Assembly: GCF_006345805.1 (NCBI RefSeq)
Contig: NC_043004.1
Location: 77,128,001-77,192,000, forward strand
Reading direction: 5' to 3'
DNA from: Octopus sinensis
Taxonomy: Eukaryota
DNA: 64,000 bases
The position numbers and the translations under genes are program-made. Each line of letters starts with the position of its first letter. Position 1 is the stretch's first letter. The notes below the pieces were generated by a model that was given only the letters and a program-made list of their open reading frames with translations, made no database searches and was not told the DNA's origin. Positions 1 through 62,027 of the stretch are shown in pieces.

Positions 1-1099
1 ATTCACTTGGCAGAATGATTTTACCAAATATTTATCTCAGAACAAAACAAATATAATTTAAAGGATAGTAGAGGTTATAGTAGGGGGGAAGAATTGAAAT
101 CAGTTACCCAGTTGTCTATACTTCAAAACGAAAGAGGGAGGATTATCTCCAACCGGCTAGAATTAAGTCTTAGTGGGGTTGTATATGTATTCTGGTCGGT
201 GGTGATAAATCAATTAATATCATGTCGGCCTACTAAACTATCCGGCTTTATTTACAAAGTGGGTAATGCGTTGGATAGTAATAAGGGAATGAATGATGGG
301 GAGGGAATGATAAGAAAAACGGAAAAGGATGGGGAGAGCTGATACTACTTATTTTGATTATCGTATTAAAAAGGGGGAGACCTTGAAAACTACTGGAATA
401 AGTATTAGGAAGTAGGGGCGGAAATCAAATTCAGAGAATAGGAAAAGGTGTTCACTACAGTTTAGCATATTTATGATATTATAGCAATAAATATAATATT
501 AAATATATAGGCGAAGCATAAAATTATACATAAAATTATAATAAAGAGATACATTAAGATATAAGAGAAATAATAAAACTTTTTGTAAATGTAGTGTATA
601 AAATATCCTGGTAAAAATAATATATATAGAATCTATTACGAAATAATGCTTTTAATATAAAGTGAGCTGATTTTAGAAACATTCAACATCATAACGGCTG
701 GATAAGGATAGGGCAGAATAAAAAATTTGAGATATTTAATATATATATAAATTCAGATACAACATTTTAAAATTTAGGCCCACAATCAAATAATGAATAT
801 AATGTGTATTAAAATATCAGAATATGCGATTAAAGTCTGCTGTGAGGCATGTAAAAATGTATAAGCTGTAAAACTGTAAAAATACATAAAAGGATAATAT
901 AAAGGCATAAAAAAATTAAATATAAGATATAAAAATTATATAAAAGGATATAAAAGATATAAAAATGTAAAGAAGGACAAAAAATAAATATCAGATCACT
1001 AGAGAGTGCTATAAGTAGAAAGCGCTGCTAGCTATACATAAAGGATAGAGGGGCTAAGGGTCATTAGAATGCATTACTGAACAGGTTTCAATATCACGG

Positions 1100-1660
1100 A
1101 GAGTAAGCTAAGAATGAGCGCATTGAGTAACTTGTCATCAAAGATACAGTATGAGGTATTTATTATTAGCTGCTTCTAAACTATTTAAGGTGCGAGTAAT
1201 CCTATGAACACATGATACTCTATGATCTAATTTATTATTAATTAGTCTTTATCTCTATATTTAAATATTCCATATATCTCCATACAGCAGAAATCACACC
1301 CATATCAACTATTTGTGCATGGCTGAACTCTATGCACTATATCCCACTTCACACTGAATTTAATATCATTATCCTTGAATTCCCAAAATCTTCGTAGATA
1401 ATGACGAACTGCTGGCTTTATGTCTAAGTCTAAAGAATGGAAGATGCTTATTCAAGCGTTTTTTTTTTGTTTCATATTTAAAGAGCACTCTATATAAATA
1501 GAGTTATTAGTTTCCGTTATTATTGTACATTTATATAAACACTGACCTAATAGCGGGCAATGTGACCTTGCCCTACAATTGCAATCATTATTATTAGTTT
1601 TTCCTACCATATTATTAATAATTATAGAGTCATCATTTGAGGTACTGTTCAGATTCATAG
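1100..1660 (-). mobile_element. Penelope-like element remnant (Cys linker plus GIY-YIG)
   Basis: CNCRARSHCPLLGQCLYKCTI...IYIECS matches the CNCR-CPL-G-CL / VY-YIG pattern; degenerate. Confidence 0.65.
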
Positions 1661-2401
1661 AATTACTATCAAGGATTACTTCAATATTACTCCTGTTGTT
1701 ATAATTGGTATTGTTACTTATATTTATATTAGCCCTAATGTTATGGATTCTATCGCTAGATGTTATGCAATCAACTTATAATAGTTGCATATGTGAAACA
1801 TGGGGTACCGACTGTGGTTTATTGGCTCCGTTAATGTTCATTATCTCGTCTGCATTACTACTGGCTGAGGTTGAGCTATCGGTGCTATTCTTAGTATTAT
1901 TAGCATTTACATACTTAAAAGTCAGCTGGCTTGAAATAATGCCACAAAATGCAGTATATTTAAGAGACCAAAAAAGTAAGATGCAAAAGAGATATTTTCT
2001 TCAAACTTAGCTTGAAGGAAGGAAAGACTATTTGGTTTCTCAAGAATTTTTTTTATGCCTTAACTTTGTTTAACAAAACCAAGTTATTGGAGTTGTTATT
2101 AGGGATTAATCTACTATAACCATTATAATTATCTATCTTACGGGCTAATATTATCCTAATATTTTCCTCTATGTTTGAAGTTCATGCAGTCACCTGACGA
2201 AACTGCTTCTTTCCGATGATGTAATGTTTTCATTCATCAATTAAAGGAGTCGCTTGAAATGACCATAATGAATTAGTAGCTGTACCTTTTTGCTACTCAT
2301 TTATACTTTATTCACACACACATATATAAATGGATAGTTATAGATTTTCATGCCTCCAAGCGTGTTTGCATCTATATGAATGTATGTATAATATATATAT
2401 A

Positions 2402-2646
2402 TACAAAATACAAAATGGGACAAGAACAAAAAACATCCGATTAGACGATACAAAAAAGACGGACGGGTCATTCAAAGCCTTTAATCTTCAGTCTAGAACC
2501 GGATCATCCTCGCAATTTCGGTTGATTAATCTTGGCCTAAATTGCGAAGATGATCCGGTTCTTGACTGAAGATTAAAGGCTTCGAATGACCCGTCCGTGT
2601 TTTTTGTATCGTCTATTTGGATGTTTTTCGTTCTTGTCTCATTTTG

Positions 2647-2655
<9 letters not shown>
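2402..2655. repeat. Palindromic insert in (TA)n
   Basis: About 115-bp near-perfect inverted arms (acaaaatacaaaatggga...gcaatt / aattgc...cattttgtatttt). Confidence 0.9.
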
Positions 2656-2679
<24 letters not shown>

Positions 2680-2756
2680 GCGGCGTACGTACACGTTATT
2701 TTCTTATATGTAAGTACACATTTCACTATGTATAATATACATACATATTGACGTAA

Positions 2757-3172
2757 GCGTGGTTGTGTGGCAGAAACGTTAGCACGCCGGGCGAAATGCG
2801 TAGCCGTGTTTCGTCTGCCGTTACGCTCCGAGTTCAAATTCCACCGAGGTCGATTTTGCCTTTCATCCTTTCGGGGTCGATAAATTAAGTACCAGTTACG
2901 CACTGGGGTCGATATAATCGACTTAATCCGTCTGTCTGTCCTTGTTTGTCTCCTCTGTGTTTAGCCCCTTGTGGGTAATAAAGAAATAGGTATTTCGTCT
3001 GCCGTTACGTTCTGAGTTCAAATTCCGCCGAGGTCGATTTTGCCTTTCATCCTTTCAGGGTCGATAAATTAAGTACCAGTTACGCACTGTGGTCGATGTA
3101 ATCGACTTAATCCCTTTGTATGTCCTTGTTTGTTCCCTCTGTGTTTAGCCCCTTGTAGGCAATAAAGAAATA
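2757..3172 (+). mobile_element. SINE family B, 1.8 tandem copies
   Basis: tRNA-like head (gcagaaacgttagc..gagttcaaatt), body gcctttcatcctttcggggtcgataaattaagtacc; same as 21764 and 32614. Confidence 0.85.
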
Positions 3173-3335
3173 AGAAGCTTGCTCCCCAAAAATATTGCTC
3201 CGGGTTCAGTCCCACTGCGTGGGACCTTGGGCAAGTGTCTTCTACTATAGCCTCGGTCTGATCAAAGCCTTTTCAGTGAATTTGGCAGACAGAAACCGAA
3301 AGGATCCCGTCGTGTATGTGTGTGTGTGTGATTAG
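3173..3335 (+). mobile_element. SINE family A, partial
   Basis: ccgggttcagtcccactgcgtgggaccttgggcaagtgtcttctactatagcc. Confidence 0.8.
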
Positions 3336-3373
3336 ACAAACGAAAGCTTATATTTATGAACAACTATTATTAA

Positions 3374-3765
3374 AGTGGCTGTGTGGTAAGAAGATTGCTT
3401 CCCAGCCACATGGTTCCGGGTTCAGTCCTACTGCGTGGCACATTGGGCAAGTGTCTTTTACTATATCCTCGGGCCGACCAAAACCTTGTGAGTGGATTCG
3501 GTAGCGGGAAACTGAAAGAAACTCGTCGTATACATATATGTGTGTGTGTGTGTGTCTGTGTGTGTGTGCGCGCGCACACCCCATCACCGCTTGACAACCA
3601 ATGTTAGTGTGTTTGTGTCCTCAGAACTTAGCGGTTCGGCAAAAAGCGAGGGTAGAATAAGTACTAGGCTTTAAAATTAAGTCCTGGGGTCGATTTGTTC
3701 GACTAAAACCCTTTCAAAGTGATACTCCAGCATCGCCGCAGTCAAATGACTAAAACAAGTAAAAA
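3374..3765 (+). mobile_element. SINE family A (tRNA-derived, internal microsatellite)
   Basis: gtggctgtgtggtaag A-box, ggttcagtcc B-box, tail ctccagcatcgccgcagtcaaatgactaaaacaag. Confidence 0.88.
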
Positions 3766-4212
3766 AAAATATATAAAGAAAAAGAAGGAAAAAAGAATGT
3801 ACGCCTTTAATGTTACGGAAATGTATGAATGTTAGAACCCCATTCCTCTTTTGGAATTTACCTCTATAATCATTTATTTCTGTACATCTACCTGTGTGTG
3901 TGAGGTGGGAGGATGATTGTATTTGCGGAAAAGGTGTCTCCAAAGAGATGTGGAACGGAGTTGTCATATATACGCATTCTGCAACATTAACGGCAGTGGT
4001 GATAAAACAACAAATACCTTACAACAGTGTACTGTAATGTGTCTGTGTTCCTGTTAATTTCTGTGTGACTTAGATTATGTCTGACCATTTTTTGTAACAG
4101 GTTTTGTTTTTTTTTTGCCATCTCAGATTCCCAGTGAGATATCAACCATGCTGAAGATTCCTTTGCAAAAAGAAAAAACATTATTAAAACAATTGTAATA
4201 TCGTCTAGTTTT

Positions 4213-5831
4213 TACGAACCATTTGATTACAATTCTAGGATCTTTTGTTTGGCTACGCTTTTTGAAAAATTTTAGTGAAATTTAAGCGAAAATTTATGTG
4301 AAAAATTAAGTGAAAATTTTCTAATTTGGAGAATTGATGTAATTTTTCTCGCTGAATTTCACTTGTTCCAGAAATTTTTAAATAAAAGTTACAGAAGTTT
4401 AAAGTTTGGTCATTTTTACCTAGTTAGAAAATGGGATTTGGGAGCTGTCATTTTGTGTGTGACTGTACGTGTTGTCAAAATTCTGTTTTAATATCAAAGT
4501 TTAAACAAATGAAATATTGGTGGAATTCTGCTTTACACAAGCCATATAACCCCTCAACTTCTTTTTTACTTTGGGGAATTTTCATCAGATGTTTGAAATT
4601 TGTATTCTACACACAGGAATTCATACGATTATGCAAAACACCCTCCACACAAAAAAAAGCAGCAACTCGGTGCTTGATTTAAGGCCTGTTTACCTGTTAT
4701 TTTTAGCACATCTCACGATCACCTCATACCTCATGTAACCAGAAAAAATGACCACATGATGGATAAGGGAGCAACAGAGGGACAAGTAGCTTGGCTTGTT
4801 ACAATGGAAACAGCTTCGCTTATTACTATGGAAGCAGGTACCTATATGTCTGTCGCTTTCGAATGGCTAAAATTATCCAATATTTTCAAGTTTTAAAAGC
4901 TATAAATTCTTTATTTATTGATTTATGGCGAAAATGAATCTTACGTCAATAGGTACCACACAAAACTACATCATTATATCAAATACGGGAACAAAATTGA
5001 AGAAATTCAAAAGTGGCATCCAAGCAAAAGATCCCAATTCTGTTACTCCATGATATTGCATATAAATAAAATAACAGAATTGGGATTTTTCTGCTTGGCT
5101 GCCAATTTTCAATCTCTTCAATTCCTGCGCGAATTGATTTCATATTCCGTGTAATGATATGGCTTTATATGCAAATCACTGCTTTGAAATTCTTTTTTTG
5201 CCATAAATTAATAAATAAAGAGTTATTAGCTTTTAAAGTTTGCAAAGTTTGGGTAATTTTAACCAACCGTAAGCCACAGACACATTCATGCCTGTTTCCA
5301 CAGCAACAAGCCAAGCATGAGAATTATTTTGTCTGCTAGAAAGAAGTGTTGACATATTTTCTACTCATTGAGGAGATCGTCAGATGTGCTAAAAATAACA
5401 ACCAAATAGGCCTTAAATCACGCAGCAAAAATGTTTTTGTTTTATTTTTGGATAAACGCATGAATTCCCATGTGTAGAATACAAATTCGCGAAAGTTTTC
5501 TGAAAATTCCCCAAAATAAAAATGTTATGAGGAGTTACATGGCGTACATAAAGCAAAATTTGTTTTATTTACAGTTGACAACACGTGCTTTTACGCACAA
5601 AATGACAGCTTTCACATCGTGTCTTCTGACTGAGGGGAAATGATCAAACTTTAAACCTCTATAACGTTTTATTACATTTTTCTGGAAAAACAACACATCC
5701 CCTGAGATTCAGCTTGGAAAGCTACGTTAATGTACCAAATTTTAAAATTTTCAATAAATTTTGAATTTTCGAAATTTAGCGGTCAAACTGAACAAGATCC
5801 ACAGGCTTTCTATCGGCAATCGAAATTGGTG

Positions 5832-5834
<3 letters not shown>
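4213..5834. mobile_element. 1.6-kb imperfect fold-back element (non-coding DNA transposon-like)
   Basis: Matching inverted blocks along the whole length (4600 vs 5470, 4690 vs 5390, 4900 vs 5210, 5030 vs 5080), centre near 5055. Confidence 0.7.
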
Positions 5835-5872
<38 letters not shown>

Positions 5873-5910
5873 TCTCTCTCTCTCTCTCACTCTCTCTCTC
5901 TCTCTCTCTC

Positions 5911-5948
<38 letters not shown>

Positions 5949-6463
5949 AACCTTTCACTAAACATCTACCGATTCATCTCATAATTGGGTTTGTTTGATA
6001 TACAAACAATACACCAACTGTACTTTCTTGTTTCTCGATAGCAAATCATCAAGACAACTTTATTGGTATCATAATATTACCATATAAATATGTATGTCTG
6101 CGGGTGTATTATTTGAAAACTAGGTCATCTATTTTAAGCAAGTATCTGACCGGTACTAAACAGGCAGCAGGAAAAGGGGGCAGTAATAGCAGTAAGCATC
6201 AAAGAATTGTAACTCTGACCACGGAAAGAACTGAAATTTCATACCTTCCTAAATTGTTCAAGACTTTTACAGACAACAGAGGACGCTTATGGAAAATTAC
6301 TTCTAGATTTTGAAATATTAGTTGCGGGGAAGACGATATCTGTTATAACAAAAAGTCATTGACAATATGAGAACTTGCGGAAATTATTCAAGCAGAAAGA
6401 ACAATTCACTATTTCACTATATAGTAATAAGAATACTAATAAACAAGATTCACAAACAGGTAG

Positions 6464-6817
6464 AATTCTGGTTTAAGCACCCCATAACTTTTTTTTTTCT
6501 TTTTAGAATTTGCAGAAAATTTTTGTGATTTTGTGTTCTACACGCGGAAATTCATACGGTTATGAAAAGAAAAAGTATGTTTAGATTTTTAAACCTCTCC
6601 CACCCACGAAAGTCCTAAAAGTTCCACTCTTTCAAATTTTATTTCTAAGTCTGAGTTTTAAATAGACAGAGAGAAAATATTGAAAAGCACCAATACATGT
6701 CACAGAGACAATGAAATGAGGAAGATATTAGGTGGTCGTGAGTTGTGCTAAAAATAACAGTTAAATTCCAAAAGAAAAAGGTATGAGGGGTTTTATGAGG
6801 TGCTTAAACCAGAATTA
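6464..6817. mobile_element. MITE-like derivative of the fold-back family
   Basis: Inverted ends aattctggtttaagcacc / ggtgcttaaaccagaatt; shares ttctacac..gaaattcatacg and tgtgctaaaaataac blocks with 4213-5834. Confidence 0.6.
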
Positions 6818-7469
6818 TGTCCATAAAGAAACAGTAATATTGTATAGTAACAGGAGGAAAACTAAAATTACTCTGAAAAGGTAGCTGGAGAAGATTTTTA
6901 CGATAACTGAAGAATAATTAGAAAAATTAAGGAGATTTAAAGTGAAGTTCTTATTGTAAATATAATGAATAGAAAAAAATGAGTAGAGAAATACTATGGA
7001 ATTCTAACTAATGCATTGGCCCGGGAAAGCGGATTGGAGTTACAATATCAAGGTTTTCTTTTGATCTATTTTTTCAAGGGAATGATTCAAAAGTTTTGTT
7101 GAATAAATGATTACATCGTAACAAAATATATTTCTTTTGTTTATGATATTAGATTCAGACGTAAGTCTAAACAACGATTCTTCGAAGAATAGGTCACACC
7201 TTGCATTTCCAACATCATAGCACACTGCTTAATATTGACCATTTGTAATCAGATTTTGTGTTGTTATCTATTAGTTTCCAAATAAACTGGCGGTCGAACT
7301 TACCTTTCGAAATTTAAAGGTGCTTACGCAAGCACCAATTTAATAGTGCATAATTCTCCTGTAGATACCAAGGATATGTAAACTAAGTTTTCATTAACGC
7401 ATTGGTTAAATAAAAATTTCCGTTAAATAACCAATGTATACACCATCTGCTTTCATCCCCTAGCTACTG

Positions 7470-8000
7470 ACGTGCAGGTTCTTTCACGCCAATTTTAGGT
7501 TAGCATGTAACCATCTGATGACCTTTGAGCATCTTTTGTAAAGCATACCGTTCGTGTTAGGAGTTGACTTGTTTTTCGCTTTCTTGACCATTCGTTTGAT
7601 TTCAAGTAGTGGAGGTTTCATGTTAAACTCTAGGATTTTCGAGCCACACCAGATTTGTATTGTGCTCTAGTGGGATGTATTGATCGGGGTCTGCGTATGC
7701 CCTCCTCAAGTGTTCTTCCAGGGCATTCTGCTCTAGTGAGAGTGCTCCTGGTCGTGGTTGATTAAAGAGAAAAGACTGCTCCTGCTCACTCTCTCTCTCT
7801 CTATCTATCTATCTATCTTTCTCTCTCTCTATCTCGTTTCAGTCGTCTCTTCCTCAAGCATTCTGCTATACTGAGAGCCTATGCCTTTTTGCCTTTCTTT
7901 CTTTTTAGGTCTTTTCAGATCCTTCCTAACCCAGCTCTCCCTTCAGAATTTGAGATGCGTAGCTGTCTTCTTAAATTTTTATTGTACCGTAAGTGTGCCA
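7470..8000 (-). mobile_element. R2-clade (Hero/NeSL-like) non-LTR retrotransposon remnant
   Basis: Minus strand reads LFNQPRPGALSLEQNALEEHLRRAYADP...YKRCSKV, resembling the pre-RT region of these elements; stops present. Confidence 0.5.
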
Positions 8001-8537
8001 TCTGTCTTTCCTGCCTGTTCTTTTTAACTGGTGACTTCATGGTTTTTTCTGTAATGCCGCAGTGTTACTTGCAAAATCTCCAATATAATAGCTTCACAAG
8101 CCTCCAGTCGTTCATGGTACCACACTTTATCCGGTTTTTTACACAGTACTTGGCAGATTACCAGCATCAGCTTACTCCATACTCTCACATCAATATATAG
8201 TATTTATATTTATATGCAAGCAAGTTAGAAGACCCTTTTCCTTTTTACTTTCCCTTTTTAATTTATCCTTTTTACTTTTTAAATATTTAAATCAATTTTT
8301 AAAGTTACATTTGATTTCTTCCTCCATAAAACACAAAGATTAACATTTTTGCGTATTAACTAAATTCTATATAGAACAAAGAACCCCTTGAGAGAAATGT
8401 ACTGACCGACAATTTTTACACCTACCCACATCACCGTACAAGACAAACAAAATTTCCTCGCTAACAAAACCATGACAAATAACCCCCCAAACAGGAAACG
8501 CCTTAAATAACATCAACAACAAGTATGGGATTTTGTC

Positions 8538-9548
8538 ATGGACAGACAGCTGCAACAAGGAGCCAACGTGAAATTTTGCGTTAAACTTGGGAAGTCTTCT
8601 ACAGAGGCATTGAGCATGCTTCGGCAAGATTACGGAGACGAGGCAATGGGTCGTACGCAATGTTTCGAGTAGCACGAGCGCACCAAAAGCGGAAGAACAT
8701 CCCTGAAAGACGATGAGTGATCTGGCATATCTACCACGAGCGTAACCCCCGGAAATGTGGAGAAAATATATCATCTTGTGCATGAAGATCGTCGGAAGAC
8801 AATGAACGACCTTGCTGATGTTGTTCATCTGTCGTATGGATCCGTGCAGGCAATCCTAGTGTCTGAAATGAACATGCGACGTGTCTCTGCCAAGCTTGCC
8901 TCCTACCTGCTCACCCCTGATCTGAAAGAACATCGCGTCGAAATTTGTCAAGACCTCCCTCAGCGTACCACTGATGACCCGTCCTTCATGTTTAGGATCA
9001 TCACCGGTGATGAGGATTGGGTCTGCCGGTAAGACCCTGAGAAAAAGCAGCAGTCTTCACAATGGAAGAGTCGTTCATCTCCACGACCGAAATTCCAGTT
9101 CAATCAAGAGCATGCCATTCGTTTTTATCGACCTCCGCGGTATTGTGCATCGAGAATTTGTCCCCTGGGTCAATCGAGAGTTCTACGGCAACGTTTTGAA
9201 GCGTTTGAGAGAGGACATTCGGCGAAAGCGGCCAAATCTACTGCACACAAAGAATTGGATTTTTCACGACGAAAATGCACCCTGTCACCGAGCTCTCCTC
9301 ACCCGTAAGTTTCTCACCCAAAACAACATGGTATCGCTTTCGCACCCGCCCTATTCGCTAGATTTAACACCGCTGTCGAGATGAAGGTCCTCGCTTACAG
9401 AAACCAACTTCCAGGCCGGGTCCCGAAAGTGGCAGGAACATTGGGACCGGTGTACTGCTGCACAAGGTTACTATTTCGAAGGATGTTAGGTAAATAAGTT
9501 ATATTTTGTTAAATATAATTAATCCTGGAACTTTTTGATACCACCTCT
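8538..9548 (+). mobile_element. Mariner (Tc1/mariner) transposase pseudogene with 3' TIR
   Basis: NVKFCVKLGKS, MRRVSAK, IITGDEDWV, FHDENAPCH, HPPYSLDL motifs; stops and frameshifts; TIR cctggaactttttgataccacctc followed by TA. Confidence 0.92.
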
Positions 9549-9939
9549 TAACTATAAATATCCTTTATTAAGGATATTCCTCAATTTTGTCTCTCTGAAC
9601 ACGGAACAGTTAGCTTAGATGGAAATCTTTACTCAATGACATATGCTCCACATGCTTATCTATACTAGAAACTGCTGAAAGAGACTTCACGCACTTTTCC
9701 TTAATCGCTTATTTACTACAACTAGTCTGCAATTACTTTTGAATTATAAACTAATTGCTCTAGAGTGATACACAGGTTTTACTTGGTAATTCTCTCTCTC
9801 TACCCACTCAATGATAGATCACTTCTAGCTATCTTTGACGGGCAAATTCAGCACCACCTTGTCTCAGTTGAAGTTCAAGCCGGAGTTTTAGCAGTAACAT
9901 CACGTCATTAGACGGAATTGTATTTTACACGTTCTCAAA

Positions 9940-9940
<1 letters not shown>

Positions 9941-9970
<30 letters not shown>

Positions 9971-10030
9971 TGTATGTATGTATATATGTATGTATGTATG
10001 TATGTATATATGTATGTATGTATGTATGTA
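9941..10030. repeat. (TATG)n microsatellite
   Basis: Direct reading. Confidence 0.95.
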
Positions 10031-10031
10031 T

Positions 10032-10340
10032 TTCAGTCCCACTGCGTGACACTTTGGGCAAGTATCTTCTACTATAGCCTCGGGGTAACCAAAGCTTTCT
10101 GGATGCATTTGGTGGACGGAAATTGAAGGAAACCCGTCGTATTATCGTGCGCGTGTGTGTGTATGCTTACCAATCCTTGACAAAGGGTACTAGTTTATTT
10201 ACGCTTCCGTAACTTATAGCGGAGGATAGATAATGATCAGGTTTAAAGATAATAGTACTAGGGTCGATTCATATAACAAAATTTCTTCCAGGTGGTGCCC
10301 CAGGATGGCCACAGTCTAATGACCGAAAGAAGTAAAGGAT
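10032..10340 (+). mobile_element. SINE family A, 5'-truncated and diverged
   Basis: ttcagtcccactgcgtgacactttgggcaagt ... ggtggtgccccaggatggccacagtctaatgaccgaaa. Confidence 0.75.
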
Positions 10341-10526
10341 ATACATACATACATACATACATACATACATACATACATACATACATACATACATGGTGGC
10401 TGCCCCCTCGTTATCGTGTATGGCCATTGCACGAAGCTTAATGAATGTTGGTATCGTGCAATGCCTGTGCAAGAAGATTTTTTTTAAGTAAGGAAAGGCT
10501 GTGCACTTATATGGTGGCTGCCCCCT

Positions 10527-10559
<33 letters not shown>

Positions 10560-12099
10560 TATGTATACACATATACACACACATATGTATTTATATATAT
10601 TGCAAGTAATTTCAGTTACTTTTCCGTCACTTCAGTTTAGAAACTATTTTTTCCGGAATTTAAAGTTAGATTATTGACTTAGTTGTAAAATAACTGGGAT
10701 GAGTTTACATTCTATTCCCTTACAACGATTGGTTCCTCTATTATGTCGCCACTGACATCCGCACACACAATGCACACGCGCACACAAAGAGGTGAGAATT
10801 ACATTCATGCAATTCGGTTTTTTTTTTTTTATTTTTAGGAAAGAAAACCAATTCCGTGTGTTAGAGATTATGGAATGGAATCTTTATTACTTTTATTTAT
10901 TTTACCTAATAAAAAAATAGGCATAGCTGTATTAGAACGTAAACAAAGAAGAGATAATTGCAAGACTTTGGAAAAAGAAACAGGTGAAATATTCTCGTTA
11001 ACTTACTTTTCTTCTGATTTATAATAGGTAATATCTGATGAATACAGGAAAACACATGCCCACCAACGACATCAAAAATTACATTTTGTAGACGGATAAA
11101 ACCTGGAAGACTGTTCTCGATTATTGGTAAGAATGATTGAAAGAGAAATTAACGAAAGTAAAAATTTGTCTCAGTAGCGGGTTTTGGGGTTGCTTTATTT
11201 TTAATTTTTGAAACGTTAATAAGTTCTAGAAGAGTCTTATAATTTTGAGTAAAACAAAAAAATGTTGTGAGTAGTTGATATTTAAATAGTTGATACCTGG
11301 AGTTTAACTCCAGGTCAGTCCTGGTTGAGCAAAACCATAAGCAAAGAACAAAAAAATGCATTTTAACATTTTACCTATATTTAAGGCTACCTTATGCAAT
11401 GTGGCCTTCATTCCGTAAGATTTTTAGGATACTTTTAGGAAATTTAGCTGAAATTTTTAACAGATTTTGCGAACGCTTGAATGACCTCAACACGGTGTGA
11501 CAAAGATAGAAAAGTTAAATACTTTTGCGTGATGTCATCAATCATTTCTGATCGAACAATTATCTACTGCCAGGAAAATATTGAGAAAAATCCAGAATAA
11601 TATTTACCTAAAAACTTCCACCGCTTATGTAAACACTGAGAAAGAAAGCATCCCATTCGTAGAAATCTCCATAAAAGTATGTCGTCAACTTTTTGAATTC
11701 TTAATTTAGAAAATTTTTGTTAAAGATTTAAACTACATAAAGCTAAAAGAACACTAATTCTTTAAAATATTTTTTCGACATCATCGGTTAATATTATATT
11801 TATTGATTTAATATCCGATTATATTGTTGCTTATCTTCGTCGCAATTTGAAATATTTGTTGTTATCAGCACGACTTTTATCTCCAATCGTAAACTTGACA
11901 TAACCACTTCGATTCTGCCTCTTTTAAATTATTGCCAACTCTTTTCCCCCGATATACATTGAACATTGACTACTAAAAATTTCTAGCTACAAATTTATGA
12001 ATATTTTACATACACATTCGTTTAACCCTTCTTTTAAATTTCCCATTTTAATATGTTTGCAAGTCCTTTTCATTAAGAAATGTTCAATCAAATAGTATT

Positions 12100-60234
<48,135 letters not shown>

Positions 60235-60787
60235 CTGCGATAATATATTACAAAATAGTTGACTATATATAACATCATGAACGGGGGTGGAGTTATAAAA
60301 GTACAAAAAAGAGACGAAGCAGAAATTAAGCAAAAACTTTTACGTGGAGAGTGTTAATGAATTAAATTTGATATAATTGATACGATACACAAAAAATGAT
60401 GGTGCATAAGTTTATCTTACATATAATTTAACCCCTACTCCTTAACATACGTCAAACACTCTTGTAATTTGTCAATATAAAAATTTAATTATTCTGCAAT
60501 TCTTAAACTATATCCATATAATCACGCTTGCCAAAGAATGAACTTCATAATTGTCTGTTTCGTTTTAGACAAGTGTTCAATGCACCACCCAGGTTTCAAT
60601 AAACGTAGATATAGAATCACATTCTTCTCAATACACATATATAGTAACATTTACTGGTAAATCATTAATTTTCTACCTAGTATTCTGCACACATGTTCAG
60701 CAAGAAGTAACAACGAGTGCAAATATACATGCATTTATACATATAAGCACACATATATACATCAGTATGTATATATGTCTCTCTCCC

Positions 60788-60850
<63 letters not shown>

Positions 60851-60905
60851 ATATATACATATATATATGTGTGTATATTACATATATATACACACACACA
60901 TAGAC

Positions 60906-60982
<77 letters not shown>

Positions 60983-60984
60983 TA

Positions 60985-61610
60985 TATAGGTCACATCGAA
61001 GCGCTGAGTTGAGTTTCACTGAACTATGGAAGAATAGAGAAATACAAGATAGATTTTAAGAGTAGATATTGTGCACATATGAATTTTTTATTAATACTAG
61101 AACCAGGTTCTTCTTTAGCTACACATATTCACAATCTTAAAATGCAGAGCATACAATATTAATTATCCTGGTCGATAGTAACAGAACCCTCCCCTTATAA
61201 TTCACACACGCGTAAATGTAATCTTTGTATGAGGGAATCTCTGACTATTCTCCGTATGCATAACTCCCTAATATTGAATAGGTTTTCGGTTGCCATCGTT
61301 TCTTGTAGACTATTCGACCCTTAAGCATCTAGTTAATTCCACACAATAAAATAATCATTCCAGTAAATAGGAAATACAAAATTTGGTTTAGACCATCTTC
61401 AACCTATCATCTCTAATATTATGAATAGCTTCTGCTTAGCAGTGATTTTAATATCTTAATAAAAGTTGTCAAACGGATCCCACCATAATTCATAATAACT
61501 GTAATCGTACAAATTGAATCATCTTTGATGAAGGATGCAGTGGTATGGAATTAATCTAAGTTCATTTTTGCACCATTATGCCCCCCAAAACGGCTATTGG
61601 ATGTGAAACC
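60985..61610 (+). mobile_element. Penelope-like remnant (GIY-YIG C-terminus plus UTR with degenerate hammerhead)
   Basis: SLATHIHNLK..WSIV..PYNSHTRKCNLCMRESLTIL..LNR; catct-ttgatga...aaaac-ggct-att-ggatg near 61521-61604. Confidence 0.65.
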
Positions 61611-61924
61611 CTGGATGATATACTTCCAAATGGATTTATTTTTATATACCTAGATTTTAAGCGAGATACAAAGCTTTTGGATTTATAATGTTATATTTTA
61701 ATATCGTTTTTGAATTTTAGTGACTATATATATATTTTGTACAGTTTTAATATAATTTTAATATATAGTATATCTATATATTTTTAATGTATTTTTAGTA
61801 TATTTTTAGTATATTTTTATATATATTTTTAGCACGTAATCTGGTGTATATGATTTTAAAACAAAATATATTTTGATAACTTATCCTTTGTCTCTCTTTA
61901 GTATATATATTCTTTTCTTTTAAT

Positions 61925-62022
61925 CGTTTACCCGTTTCAGTCATTTGACTGCAGCCATGCTAGAACACCGCCTTTAGTTGGACAAATCGACCCCAGGACT
62001 TATTCTTTGTAAGCCAAGTATT
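61925..62022 (-). mobile_element. SINE family A 3' fragment
   Basis: gtttcagtcatttgactgcagccatgctagaacaccgcc. Confidence 0.8.
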
Positions 62023-62027
62023 TGTTT

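Noticed and set aside
2190-2275. ctgacga...gaaat-gacc-ata hammerhead-like motif
   Set aside because: Helices are too degenerate to support a call; at most a decayed Penelope ribozyme.
10830-11130. Plus-strand mini-exon-like AG..GT segments
   Set aside because: No coherent reading frame or recognisable product.
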